A stretch of DNA of 64,000 bases, taken from an uncultured Thermodesulfobacteriota bacterium. Its GTDB lineage: Bacteria > Desulfobacterota > WTBG01 > CAIYCZ01 > CAIRTM01. The position numbers and the translations under genes were made by a program. Location: contig CAZFIB010000012.1 in assembly GCA_964518865.1 (NCBI GenBank), forward strand, positions 2,736-66,735. The letters are read 5' to 3'. Shown here in pieces: positions 51,314-60,943 of this stretch; position 1 is the first letter of the stretch, and every line of letters begins with the position of its first letter. The notes below the pieces were generated by a model that had not been told where the DNA came from, did no database searches, and saw only the letters and a list, made by a program, of their open reading frames with translations.

Positions 51314-51958
51314 ATGAAAAGGTTTTCAGTAATTATTTGTATTTTGTTGGGTTTTCAGATTGTTGGGCCCGCTGCCCCGGATCTGGGGGCTGAAACGGCG
51401 CAGCAGGTCTGCAGCCCGCAGGAACAAAGCACGCTGCTGGCGCTTGCGCGCGATACTCTGGCACTGTATTTGAACAGCAAAAAAGTGCCTGACCTGAAAA
51501 ACTATGAAATTACCGGACTGTTGCATAAAACCCGGGGGGTCTTTGTAACGCTGAAGGAAACAAAGAGCGGTAATCTGCGGGGGTGCATCGGGTATGTGCG
51601 GGCTGTCCGGCCGCTTGCCGAAGCAGTCCGTGACTGCACGATTCAGGCGGCAACCCGCGATCGGCGCTTTCCTCCCATGCAGAAAAACGAGGACTCGCGC
51701 GTCTATATCGATATATCTGTTTTGTCTCCCCCGCGGAAGATTCGGCATATCGATGAAATCGACGTGGGGAAGCACGGTTTGATAATTCAAAAGGGCATGC
51801 GTTCCGGCATCCTGCTGCCGCAGGTTCCCGTTGAGTGGGGCTGGGACCGTGATGAATACCTGCAGGCTATCTGCAGAAAAGCCGGGCTGCAGGACAACGG
51901 GTGGCGCAATGGTGCCGAGCTGTATGTTTTTACCGCTCAGGTGTTCGGAGAGAAATAA
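51314..51958 (+). CDS. amrA: AmmeMemoRadiSam system protein A (AMMECR1 domain) with an N-terminal hydrophobic leader
   Basis: GVFVTL, LRGCIG, DRRF, GKHGL, LLPQV, KAGL, FTAQVF. Confidence 0.88.
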   Translation: MKRFSVIICILLGFQIVGPAAPDLGAETAQQVCSPQEQSTLLALARDTLALYLNSKKVPDLKNYEITGLLHKTRGVFVTLKETKSGNLRGCIGYVRAVRPLAEAVRDCTIQAATRDRRFPPMQKNEDSRVYIDISVLSPPRKIRHIDEIDVGKHGLIIQKGMRSGILLPQVPVEWGWDRDEYLQAICRKAGLQDNGWRNGAELYVFTAQVFGEK

Positions 51959-51994
51959 AGCAAGTAACTGCTAATTTTTCAGGAGGTATCTGTT

Positions 51995-52789
51995 ATGAGA
52001 ACGTTCAGCAAAAAAATTGCATGTATTATGTCATGCGCCCTTGTTGCAGGGCTGTTCTGCGTGACCCAGGCTGATGCTGCCATACGGGCCGGCGGCAGCT
52101 TCACCGCTGATGAAACCGGAGTCGTTCTGGATTATAACATTCCCGTTGTGGGGTTCGGCCGGGTGGACCTCCCGGGGGTGGGCGCCACCGACAGCATCAC
52201 GGTCAGGCTGGCGGGGGTAAAGCTCGCCGATGTGGACCTGGAGCTGATCGCAATCAACACCGACAACGAAACCGTTGATGTTCAGTTTTCCGCGCAGTCC
52301 CCGCTTGCGCCCGGTCGGACGATTGACGGCGTCATTCCGGTGCCGTTCGGATCGGTCGAGTTCGGTGCGGTACTCAATATTATGGGAAGGCTTTTTATTC
52401 CGATCGGCGATCACGATGTGGATATTTCCGTGCTGATTTCCCGGTTCAGGACAAAGTATGCGGCTGTGGTCGATCTCCCGCCGATAGTCGATGATTTTGA
52501 AGTGGAGGGACTGGCCCAGGACAATGAAATTTCGATCGAGATACCGAACCTGGCAACGCTTAACTTTACGCTCGAGCCCGGTGCGGCCTTTACGCAGGTG
52601 ACCTACAGCATAGAGCTGGATCTTCCCGCACCCGAGATGCCGGATATGCCCGAAGGCGGAGAGATTCCCGAAATTACCATTCCTCCCATCGAGGGCGGGC
52701 CGATTGCAATACCCAACGGCAGCTATCATATCTGGTTCGACCTTGATATCGACCTCGAAGAGCTTCTGGGACCGCCTCCGGTCATGTAG
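51995..52789 (+). CDS. Hypothetical secreted acidic beta-rich protein
   Basis: SD AGGAGG, signal peptide ending ADA, terminator downstream. Confidence 0.8.
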   Translation: MRTFSKKIACIMSCALVAGLFCVTQADAAIRAGGSFTADETGVVLDYNIPVVGFGRVDLPGVGATDSITVRLAGVKLADVDLELIAINTDNETVDVQFSAQSPLAPGRTIDGVIPVPFGSVEFGAVLNIMGRLFIPIGDHDVDISVLISRFRTKYAAVVDLPPIVDDFEVEGLAQDNEISIEIPNLATLNFTLEPGAAFTQVTYSIELDLPAPEMPDMPEGGEIPEITIPPIEGGPIAIPNGSYHIWFDLDIDLEELLGPPPVM

Positions 52790-52802
52790 GCGAACGGTAC
52801 TG

Positions 52803-52835
52803 AAAAAGCCTGCAGCAGATGCTGCAGGCTTTTTT
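52803..52835. terminator. Bidirectional rho-independent terminator
   Basis: aaaaagcctgcagca-ga-tgctgcaggcttttt. Confidence 0.85.
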
Positions 52836-52851
52836 GTGAAGGTGAGACCTT

Positions 52852-52996
52852 CCAGGCAATTTTCTGTTTTCTGCAGCCATCTGTTTTTTTGACATTTCGA
52901 CCGACGGGAGAAATCTCTTCACGGGCGCGATTTTTCTCAGTCGCCGTGTTCCCCGGAAATGACAGCAAGGCTCTGGAAGTGCAAACAATGCTCTGG
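52852..52996 (-). repeat. MITE-like palindromic repeat, family B copy 1
   Basis: Reverse complement aligns with 59281-59427. Confidence 0.75.
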
Positions 52997-53019
52997 ATGC
53001 GGAGTCGGGCAGGGCAGCT

Positions 53020-54963
53020 TCACAGAACTTTCAGCCGGGGCGCGGGCTGCCGGTCGAGAATGTCCCTGAGCGTCACCGAAAGCTCGCTGATTGCAAAGGG
53101 CTTTTGAATAAAGCCGATATCATCCCGCTGCAGCAGCTCGGAGGATTCGCAGTCCCGGCTGAACCCGCTGGAAACGAGCAGCCGCGTCCGGGGGTGCTGC
53201 TTCAGGATGGTTTCGCACAGTTCGATACCGCTCATGCCGGGCATAACAAGATCGCAGATGACAAGATCGATTCCTGAATCGCTGTCGAGCCGATCGAGGG
53301 CTTCCTGTCCGCTGCCGGCTGTTGCGACGGTATAGCCGAGGGTTTCCAGTATCTCCCGCCCTACCTCCAGCATGGGCTTTTCATCGTCGACGAGCAGCAG
53401 TGTTTCCGTTCCGGTGTGCAGGGTCTGCTCGACCGGCGTCTGCTCTTCGACGTGCCTGTCCGAAGCGGGTAGAAAAACTGAAAAAACCGTACCGTCGCCC
53501 TTTCTGCTCTGCACGGTTATGGTTCCTCCATGGTTTGCAACGATGCCGTAGGCGGAGGCAAGTCCCAGGCCGGTGCCGTTTTTGTCCTTGGTGGTGAAGA
53601 AGGGTTCGAATACGCGCTGCAGGACCTCATCGTCCATGCCGACACCGGTGTCTCTGACATGAACCGCGACATAGTCACCGGCCCGCAGGTCGCTTCTGCG
53701 GGCGTGCAGCTCATCGACGCTCAGGCATTCGGTCGCAAGGGAAATCGAACCGCCTGCGGGCATGGCCTGCATGGCGTTGACGTACAGGTTTAGCAGCACC
53801 TGCTCGATCTGCCCCTCGTCGACCTCTACGGCGGAAACCTGCTCGGCGAAGCTGCGGGTGATTGCAATGTTCTTGTGGGCGCGGCCGAACATGTTTACCG
53901 TTCTGTCGATGATACCGTGTATGTCGGCCGGTTTTACATCGAACGTGCGACCGCGCGCAAATCCCAGCAGCTGCTTGGTGAGGTTCGCGCCGCTTCTGAC
54001 ATGCTGTTCTATGCTTTGCAGTTTGGCATGATGAACGTGGTCTGCATCGGTTTCGGAAAGCATCAGAGAGGTATAGCCCATGATGCCCATGAGAATGTTA
54101 TTGAAGTCATGGGCGATGCCGCCCGCCAGGCCTCCGATAGCCTCCATTTTTTTTGCCTGGCGCAGCTGGTTCTCCAGCTGCCTGCGATAGGTTATGTCAC
54201 GGGCGACGCCGTAGGTGCCGGAGGCCTCATCGTCCGGGCTGAACCCCATCCGGGCGTGTTCGATTTCAAACAGTTTGAACCCATCGGGGTGGTCGCGGAG
54301 CTTAAGCTTAAGCTCGACAGAAAGGCTGCTGCGGGCACCGCTGCCGGTAATATCCTTCAAAAAGCCTGCGAGCTGCGCCGCACTTTCCTCGTGGACGATG
54401 GTTTCAAAGGGGCACCCGATCAGCTCATCGGCAGAAAAGCCCAGAATGCGCTCAACCGTTACATTGATAAAGGAAAAGCAGCCCCGGCCGTCGACGATAT
54501 AGATAATGTCAGGCGAGTTCTGCACGAGAAACTGATAACGTTCCTCGAAACGTTCAAGCTTGCCGTTGATGATCCTTTTTTCATGCACCAGCTTTTTCTG
54601 CTGGAGGGCGTTGCCCACCCGCTTGATAAGCTCCTCATACTCGAAGGGCTTTTTCAGGTAGTCGAAGGCACCCTTTTTGAGGGCGGTCACCGCGGACTCG
54701 ATCGAGGCGTTGCCGGTAATGACGATAGTGAGTATTTCACGTTCGCTGCTGTTGATATGATCCATAATCTGGAATCCGCTCATGTCGGGTATGACCATGT
54801 CGAGCAGCAGCAGATCGAATGTTTCGTGGCTCAGCAGGTCCACGGCCTCCCGGCCGCTGGTAGTGGTGAAAATATCATACCCCTGACGCGCCAGGAGCAG
54901 GCGCAGGCTGTCGCATATCTGCGGTTCGTCATCGACTATCAGTATGCGCGGTATATACGGCAT
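53020..54963 (-). CDS. Hybrid sensor kinase REC-PAS-HisKA-HATPase-REC
   Basis: ILIVDDE, AHDFNN, NAMQAM, DTGVG, GTGLGL, C-terminal receiver. Confidence 0.95.
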   Translation of the reverse strand: MPYIPRILIVDDEPQICDSLRLLLARQGYDIFTTTSGREAVDLLSHETFDLLLLDMVIPDMSGFQIMDHINSSEREILTIVITGNASIESAVTALKKGAFDYLKKPFEYEELIKRVGNALQQKKLVHEKRIINGKLERFEERYQFLVQNSPDIIYIVDGRGCFSFINVTVERILGFSADELIGCPFETIVHEESAAQLAGFLKDITGSGARSSLSVELKLKLRDHPDGFKLFEIEHARMGFSPDDEASGTYGVARDITYRRQLENQLRQAKKMEAIGGLAGGIAHDFNNILMGIMGYTSLMLSETDADHVHHAKLQSIEQHVRSGANLTKQLLGFARGRTFDVKPADIHGIIDRTVNMFGRAHKNIAITRSFAEQVSAVEVDEGQIEQVLLNLYVNAMQAMPAGGSISLATECLSVDELHARRSDLRAGDYVAVHVRDTGVGMDDEVLQRVFEPFFTTKDKNGTGLGLASAYGIVANHGGTITVQSRKGDGTVFSVFLPASDRHVEEQTPVEQTLHTGTETLLLVDDEKPMLEVGREILETLGYTVATAGSGQEALDRLDSDSGIDLVICDLVMPGMSGIELCETILKQHPRTRLLVSSGFSRDCESSELLQRDDIGFIQKPFAISELSVTLRDILDRQPAPRLKVL

Positions 54964-54984
54964 CGGTATCCTCAGGGCCGCACG

Positions 54985-57900
54985 TCAGGCAGCGAGCGTA
55001 ACGGGAAGGGTAATGGTGAATTCGGTTCCCTGCCCCTTCTCGGATGAGCAGGCTATAGAGCCCTGCAGCTCTTTTATTTTACTGTATACAATCGAAAGGC
55101 CGAGCCCGGCGTGATCATTCCCCTTGGTGCTGACATACGGCTCGAAAAGCCGGTCACGGACAACCTCTGCCAGGCCCGGGCCGTCGTCGGCTACGGCGAT
55201 GGCAATTGAGCCCGCCGCATTGAGCTGTTTGGTCGACAAAGATATGGTTCCCCCCCCGGCAAGAGACTCGGCGGCGTTTTGGACGAGATTCACGATTATC
55301 TGCTTGAGGCTGTTTTTCCCGGTCGTAACCCGGGGGAGCCGGCTGTCGAGCTCAAAGTGAAACCGGATGCCCTGCTGCTCAAAGGACTCTCTGGTCAGGG
55401 CCGCTACATCCTCCAGCAGGGCGTTTACGTCCACGGCATCGGGGTCTTCGTGCGGGGGGCTGGAAAAGTCGGAAAGGCTGTTGATAATGCCGGATACGCG
55501 GTCGATCTCCTCGCGCATGATGGGAACCTCATCGCAGACAAACTCTTTTTCAGCAAGATTCAGCTCGAGAATTTTTAAATAATTCTGAATGATGCTCAGC
55601 GGATTGTTGACTTCATGAGCGATTTTTTTAGCTATCGCGGAAGATGCGGCAAGACGCTCTTCAAGTTTTTCCCTGGACTGGGCCGCGCGGGTGCGCTCGG
55701 CGTCAAGCGCCATTGAGAGATAGCAGGTGAACATGCTCAGGACCTGGAGCCGTTCCCGCAGCACCGCCAGCTTGTTTTCATCGGCTCCGATGGCGACAAC
55801 GCCGATCGGCCGTTCGCTGAGGCTCATGGGAAGACACACAATACCTGAACCTCCCAGAAGCCCGATAATCTGTTCGTCGATAATGGTCGGGTCCCGCTGC
55901 GATAGTGAAAAGGAGTCAATCGTGCTGCCGGCGAGCAGGGCTTCTGAAATGAGGCTTGTTTCCCGGCGGCAGGGGACCGTCAGCTCGTCGAAAAGCGACT
56001 GTTCCGAATCCCGTCCTGGCGCTGCCGCCTCAAGCACACCGTTTTGTTCGTTATGCAGGAAAAACAGGACATGCTCGATATCGAACAGAACCTGCAGGCC
56101 CTCGCGGGCGGCCTGCAGCATGCTTGCGGTATCATCGGCGGATATGAATCTTTGCAGCGTACCGTGCAGCAGCGAAAGATCGCGAACGTGCCGGGTCAGG
56201 CTCTGCATGGCCTCCCGGTCGCCTTCGGCGTCTGCGGCAAACGGCTGCTCGATGGTAATGTCGAGCGATGCCGCAATCTGCTCGACCCGCTCTTCGGCTT
56301 CCTGAAGCAGCTCCTGCGCTTCCGATTCGTCGATCTCGAGAACGGCCCGGGCCTGTTCGATACGATGCTCGCGCGATTGCGGGCCGCACGAGCACAGAAG
56401 GTTTGCCGCATACACGGTTTTCACCAGCGGCAGCGCATTCGTTATTCTTTCGCCGGGCTCATGGTGGTATCTGATAGCGTCCGCTATGAAGGTCTGCAGG
56501 TTCCAGTGCGAGACGATGCGGGCACCGGCATAGCAGTGGGTGATGCCGAAATGGCGCAGCTCCTCCTGAAAAACGAGGTCCGGTGAGGAGGCCTCCTGCA
56601 GAACGGCGTCATATCGTTCCGGATAGTTGTTGAACAGCACCAGCTTGCCGATATCGTGCAGCAGGCCCGCCAGAAAGGCCTCTTCGGCCAGGGGGCTGGA
56701 GAGCTTTTTCGCTATAAGGTTCGACAGGACGGCGCACATCAGCGAGTGCCACCAGAACTGCCGCAGGTTGAAGGAAGCGCTTTCCCTGACATTGTCGAAT
56801 ACCTGGTACACCGAAGCGCTGAGGCCTATGTTGCGGATCGTGTCGATTCCCAGCAGAGAAAGCGCCTGATTGAAATTGCTGATTTTACGGGAAAATCCGT
56901 AGTGGACGGAATTGACCAGCCGCAGTATTTTTGTGCTCAGTGACGGGTCGTTTTCGATAATCGCCGCGAGGTCTTTCATGCTTGTTTTTTCATCGCTGCA
57001 GGCCTGAATGAGCTTGACAAGAATGTGCGGCAGTGTGGGAAACTGGACGACGTCGAAATCGATCGGTGCTTCTGGCAGTTCAACCGCTGTTGCAGCGGGA
57101 GCATGTTCCTCGACCGGTTCCACGGACTCTGTCGCTTCGCCAGGCTGCGGTTCAGCGAATTCGGGTGCGGTGTCCTCGAAGGTGTCCGGCTGCGGCTGTC
57201 CGGCGGGTTCGGGTGCGGCGTTCTCGAAAGCGACCGGCTCCTGTTCGGCCTGAGCTTCCTGCAGCACAAGCTCGTCCTCCGCAGGGGCTTCCGGCTGAAC
57301 CGCTTCCGGCGCCGTCTCCTGCCGGGGCAGGGGCTGTTCCCTGTCGGGCAGCCGGAGCGGGCTGCGGGCGATATCGAGAAACTTTTCCCAGAATGTTTTT
57401 ATTGAAAAGGGCTGCAGGTCGGCCGGCTGATTTTCGATGAGACGTTTTGCGATGGCCTGTATGCACTTTGCCGCCGGCGCATCAGGGGAGACCTTGAGCA
57501 GTGGCTCCTGGCGGTGCACCGCGTCGATTACTTTCTTGTCCTGGGCGATTATGCCCAGCGGCTCTATGTCGATGGAAAGATAATTCTGAACGACTTCTTT
57601 CAGTTTTTCGAATGTCCTGGTCGCTATGGCCGTGCTTTTGCACTGATTGACGATGATTTTTGCCGTGCCGGAGAAACCGTTGAAGGTCAGGACTTTCAAG
57701 AGGGCATAGGCATCGGTCAGTGAGGTCGGCTCGGTTGTCACAACGATTATGACCTCTGATGCGGAAAGACAAAACGCTATTACGCTTTTTGATATTCCTG
57801 ATGATGTGTCGAAAATGCAATAGTCATAGTTTTCCAGCAGGGCAAAACTGGTTATCAGGTGCTCGATGTCGTCGTGATCGATGTTTGCAAGCCGTTCGAC

Positions 57901-58161
57901 GCCGGAGCTGCCCGGAATAATATCGATGCCGTTGTAATCCTTTATTATTATATCCTGGAGGGTCTTTTCGCCGAGCACGACGTCTTCAAGGTCGAAGTCC
58001 GGATACAGGCCGAGAAGTATATTGACGTTTGCCAGCCCCAGGTCGGCATCAAACAGACAAACGCGGGATTTTTGTCTGGCAAGGGCTATGGCAAGGTTGA
58101 CGCTGATATTGGTCTTGCCCACGCCGCCTTTTCCGCCGCTTATGCTGATTACACTTGCCAT
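54985..58161 (-). CDS. FlhG/MinD-type ATPase fused to HDOD, a GAF-like region and a histidine kinase
   Basis: SGGKGGVGKT, DADLGLAN, EPTSLTDAY; AGLLHDIGK; AHEVNNPL, DDGPG, GLGLSI. Confidence 0.88.
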   Translation of the reverse strand: MASVISISGGKGGVGKTNISVNLAIALARQKSRVCLFDADLGLANVNILLGLYPDFDLEDVVLGEKTLQDIIIKDYNGIDIIPGSSGVERLANIDHDDIEHLITSFALLENYDYCIFDTSSGISKSVIAFCLSASEVIIVVTTEPTSLTDAYALLKVLTFNGFSGTAKIIVNQCKSTAIATRTFEKLKEVVQNYLSIDIEPLGIIAQDKKVIDAVHRQEPLLKVSPDAPAAKCIQAIAKRLIENQPADLQPFSIKTFWEKFLDIARSPLRLPDREQPLPRQETAPEAVQPEAPAEDELVLQEAQAEQEPVAFENAAPEPAGQPQPDTFEDTAPEFAEPQPGEATESVEPVEEHAPAATAVELPEAPIDFDVVQFPTLPHILVKLIQACSDEKTSMKDLAAIIENDPSLSTKILRLVNSVHYGFSRKISNFNQALSLLGIDTIRNIGLSASVYQVFDNVRESASFNLRQFWWHSLMCAVLSNLIAKKLSSPLAEEAFLAGLLHDIGKLVLFNNYPERYDAVLQEASSPDLVFQEELRHFGITHCYAGARIVSHWNLQTFIADAIRYHHEPGERITNALPLVKTVYAANLLCSCGPQSREHRIEQARAVLEIDESEAQELLQEAEERVEQIAASLDITIEQPFAADAEGDREAMQSLTRHVRDLSLLHGTLQRFISADDTASMLQAAREGLQVLFDIEHVLFFLHNEQNGVLEAAAPGRDSEQSLFDELTVPCRRETSLISEALLAGSTIDSFSLSQRDPTIIDEQIIGLLGGSGIVCLPMSLSERPIGVVAIGADENKLAVLRERLQVLSMFTCYLSMALDAERTRAAQSREKLEERLAASSAIAKKIAHEVNNPLSIIQNYLKILELNLAEKEFVCDEVPIMREEIDRVSGIINSLSDFSSPPHEDPDAVDVNALLEDVAALTRESFEQQGIRFHFELDSRLPRVTTGKNSLKQIIVNLVQNAAESLAGGGTISLSTKQLNAAGSIAIAVADDGPGLAEVVRDRLFEPYVSTKGNDHAGLGLSIVYSKIKELQGSIACSSEKGQGTEFTITLPVTLAA

Positions 58162-58357
58162 ACTGTGAGAAAATGGTTTATTGTAAGATTTATTAAAGCA
58201 ATTGATTAATTATATAAATTAATCGTTTTATTTTCAATGAAAAAGTATTTTTAAGATAAATTTAAAAAAAATATTATGCAAAATAATGAAAATAAACTCA
58301 TGATTTTTCAAAAATCTGCAAGATACTACATCTTTTATCGGATAAGTTAATCAAAGC

Positions 58358-59284
58358 ATGAGTTATTATATTAAAAGAATTATAATGATTATTCCCACGC
58401 TTCTGGGCATAACCTTCATAACGTTTCTACTGTTGAGTGCTCTTCCCGGCGATCCGGTCCGCGGTATGGCAGGGAACCGGTCCGATCCGGAAACGCTGGC
58501 ACGAATGAGGCGTGAGCTCGGAACCGATCAGCATTTTATTCGCCGGTATGCCGGCTATCTCAAACTCCTGAGTCGCGGTGAAATGGGGCGCTCATATTAC
58601 ACTCAGAAAAAAGTCAGCCGCGAAATCGCCGAGAAGCTGCCCAACACCCTGAAGCTGGCATGCGCGGCGATGCTTGTTTCAACGGTTTTCGGTCTGGTGC
58701 TCGGCAGCCTCATGGCCGTATACCGCGGCCGGCTCCTCGACCGTATCTGCCTGATTATCAGCACGGGCGGCATTTCGGTCCCGGTATTCTGGGTCGGTCT
58801 GGTGCTCATCTATATTTTTGCCTTTCAGCTGAAGCTCCTGCCGCCATCCGGCACAGGCGGCGCCGCTATGGTCCTGCCCGCCTGCACGCTCGGTCTGTAC
58901 TCGGCGGCGTTCATAGCCCGGATCACCCGGGCCGGCATGATCGAAACCCTCGGGCAGCCGTTTATTCTGACCGCACGGGCCAAGGGTGTCGGCGCGACAG
59001 CCGTTGTCATCAGGCATGCATTGAAGAATACGCTCATTCCGGTTGTCACGCTGGTGGGGCTTGATTTCGGCAGCTACCTGAACGGGTCCGTGCTGACGGA
59101 AACAATTTTCGGCTGGAACGGTATCGGCAGATATGCGGTCGAGGGAATATTCCGAAGGGATTACCCGGTTATACTGGGCAGCGTTCTGGTTGGCGCCGGG
59201 CTGTTCGTAGCGGTCAATCTCATCGTAGATCTGTTATACGGCCTTTTTGATCCCAGGATCGGTGCAAAGAAAGGCGGGGGCTAG
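58358..59284 (+). CDS. Peptide ABC transporter permease (DppB/OppB)
   Basis: LPGDP, TARAKG, HALKN, TETIF, RDYP. Confidence 0.93.
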   Translation: MSYYIKRIIMIIPTLLGITFITFLLLSALPGDPVRGMAGNRSDPETLARMRRELGTDQHFIRRYAGYLKLLSRGEMGRSYYTQKKVSREIAEKLPNTLKLACAAMLVSTVFGLVLGSLMAVYRGRLLDRICLIISTGGISVPVFWVGLVLIYIFAFQLKLLPPSGTGGAAMVLPACTLGLYSAAFIARITRAGMIETLGQPFILTARAKGVGATAVVIRHALKNTLIPVVTLVGLDFGSYLNGSVLTETIFGWNGIGRYAVEGIFRRDYPVILGSVLVGAGLFVAVNLIVDLLYGLFDPRIGAKKGGG

Positions 59285-59427
59285 AGCGTTTTCACACTGG
59301 CTGATAAGCCATTCTGTCATTTCGAAGGAGCACAGCGAAAGAGAAATCTCATGCCCCTGAAGAGATTTCTTCCTTCGGTCGAAATGACAAACAACAGACG
59401 GCTGCAGAAAACAGAAAACTGCTCTGG
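59281..59427 (+). repeat. MITE-like palindromic repeat, family B copy 2
   Basis: Terminal ctagagc-gttttc / gaaaactgctctgg; internal gtcatttcga..tcgaaatgac and gaaatct..agatttc. Confidence 0.75.
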
Positions 59428-59466
59428 CATGCTGTCACGGCATTTCACAAAAAAGCGGAGATGCGG

Positions 59467-59669
59467 CACCCGTTTGCCCGGCCCGCCTCCGGCGGGTGCC
59501 CTCGCGTGAGCCCCGTGCAGCGGCGGGCCAAAAACCCGCTTTGCTCAGACAGTTCGGCCCTTTTTCCGCAGCACGGGACTCAGACCCGGCGCGGTCAAAA
59601 CGGGACCCGGAGACTTTATGGCCCCCGCCGGGGTCCATCATGAAGACTCGCCCTGTGGGCGAGGATAAT
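59467..59669 (+). repeat. ~200-bp structured intergenic repeat, family A copy 2
   Basis: Aligns with 6475-6678. Confidence 0.85.
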
Positions 59670-59684
59670 TACCGGAGGGTGCTT

Positions 59685-60524
59685 GTGAGAGCTGTGCGTA
59701 TACTGCGGACGATATTTTTTCGTCATACCGTGCTGGCCTGCTCGGCCGGGCTGCTGCTGGTGCTTGTGGCTACAGCCCTGCTGTGCCCCTGGCTGGCGCA
59801 CCATGACCCGCTTGCAATCGAACTCGACCGGATCAAGCTGCCGCCGGGTTCGGAGCACTGGTTCGGCACGGACACGCTTGGCCGGGATATCTTCAGCCGC
59901 GTTGTCTGGGGCTGCCGCTATTCGCTCGCCATAGGGCTTTCAGCCACCGTGCTCGCGCTGCTGGTCGGCCTGCTTACCGGCCTGGCTGCGGGGTACTGGC
60001 GCGGAAAGCTCGATGCGCTGTTTGTCGTAACGACAGATATTTTTCTGGCGTTTCCCACCCTGCTGCTGGCTGTCGGCATCTCGGTCGTGCTGCCTCCGGG
60101 CGCCGTGTCGACGGTTATCGCGCTTTGTGCAACCGGGTGGGCTTCCTTCGCCCGCCTGTTTCGGAGCATGGCCATGTCATTAAACGAGCAGGCGTTTGTC
60201 GATTCTGCCAGGGCAGCGGGCTGCTCGCACCTGCGCATCATTTTTTCTCATATCCTTCCGCACTGCCTGCCCCTGGCGCTGGTTTCCGCAAGCATCAAGG
60301 TCGGCAGCTTTATTCTTGCCGAAGCCGCACTCGGATTTCTGGGGCTGGGCGTTCAGCCGCCCATGCCTACCTGGGGCTCGATGATAAGCCTGCACCGGGC
60401 GTACCTTGCAAGCGCTCCCTGGATGATTCTGTTTCCGGGGGCTGCGATAGCGCTGACCGTGTATGCCTGCAATGTGTTCGGGGATGAGCTTCGCGACAGA
60501 CTTGATCCTGGACTCAGGGTGTAG
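59685..60524 (+). CDS. Peptide ABC transporter permease (DppC/OppC)
   Basis: HWFGTDTLGRDIFSR, FVDSARAAG, FLGLG..PTWG. GTG start after GGAGG; the ORF-track extension upstream is repeat DNA. Confidence 0.9.
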   Translation: MRAVRILRTIFFRHTVLACSAGLLLVLVATALLCPWLAHHDPLAIELDRIKLPPGSEHWFGTDTLGRDIFSRVVWGCRYSLAIGLSATVLALLVGLLTGLAAGYWRGKLDALFVVTTDIFLAFPTLLLAVGISVVLPPGAVSTVIALCATGWASFARLFRSMAMSLNEQAFVDSARAAGCSHLRIIFSHILPHCLPLALVSASIKVGSFILAEAALGFLGLGVQPPMPTWGSMISLHRAYLASAPWMILFPGAAIALTVYACNVFGDELRDRLDPGLRV

Positions 60525-60569
60525 GAAAGTGTAAGGCAGGAAAATCAGGGTGTGGTGACGGCGTTCGGG

Positions 60570-60818
60570 CTAGTCGCTCAGCCACCGGCGGACTTTTTTG
60601 AGCTTGGGCGAATTCAGCCAGTTGTCGATTTCATCTTCATCGACATCGACTGTCTGCAGTGCCCGGTCGATATCGGTATCGTCTTTTTCCTCGAGCCACT
60701 CTATTATTTCTTCCAGGGCCTCCATCTGCTCGATAATATCCCTGTCTTTTGTGCCTGTGTGGCTCTCGGTGAAATGCTGTTTTTTCATGTCGATAGCGGG
60801 GTTCATTTGTTTTTTCAC
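60570..60818 (-). CDS. Small acidic hypothetical protein
   Basis: 82-aa ORF with protein-like composition, downstream of parA. Confidence 0.6.
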   Translation of the reverse strand: MKKQMNPAIDMKKQHFTESHTGTKDRDIIEQMEALEEIIEWLEEKDDTDIDRALQTVDVDEDEIDNWLNSPKLKKVRRWLSD

Positions 60819-60943
60819 ATAGTATTTAAAATCGGATAGACCCCATAAAACATTAATTAAAATCCCCGTACGAACACGTTTTTTTCGCTCCGTGCAGGAA
60901 AGTGATAACTTTGCAAATCTGCTGCAATAATTGCATACAATAA

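Noticed and set aside
58162-58357. AT-rich spacer as a replication origin or ncRNA (also 43435-43620)
   Set aside because: No DnaA-box array or stable structure seen; consistent with divergent promoter regions.
59496-59684. N-terminal extension of DppC and small ORFs at 6285-6949
   Set aside because: They translate repeat family A DNA; better starts with SD or motif support lie downstream.
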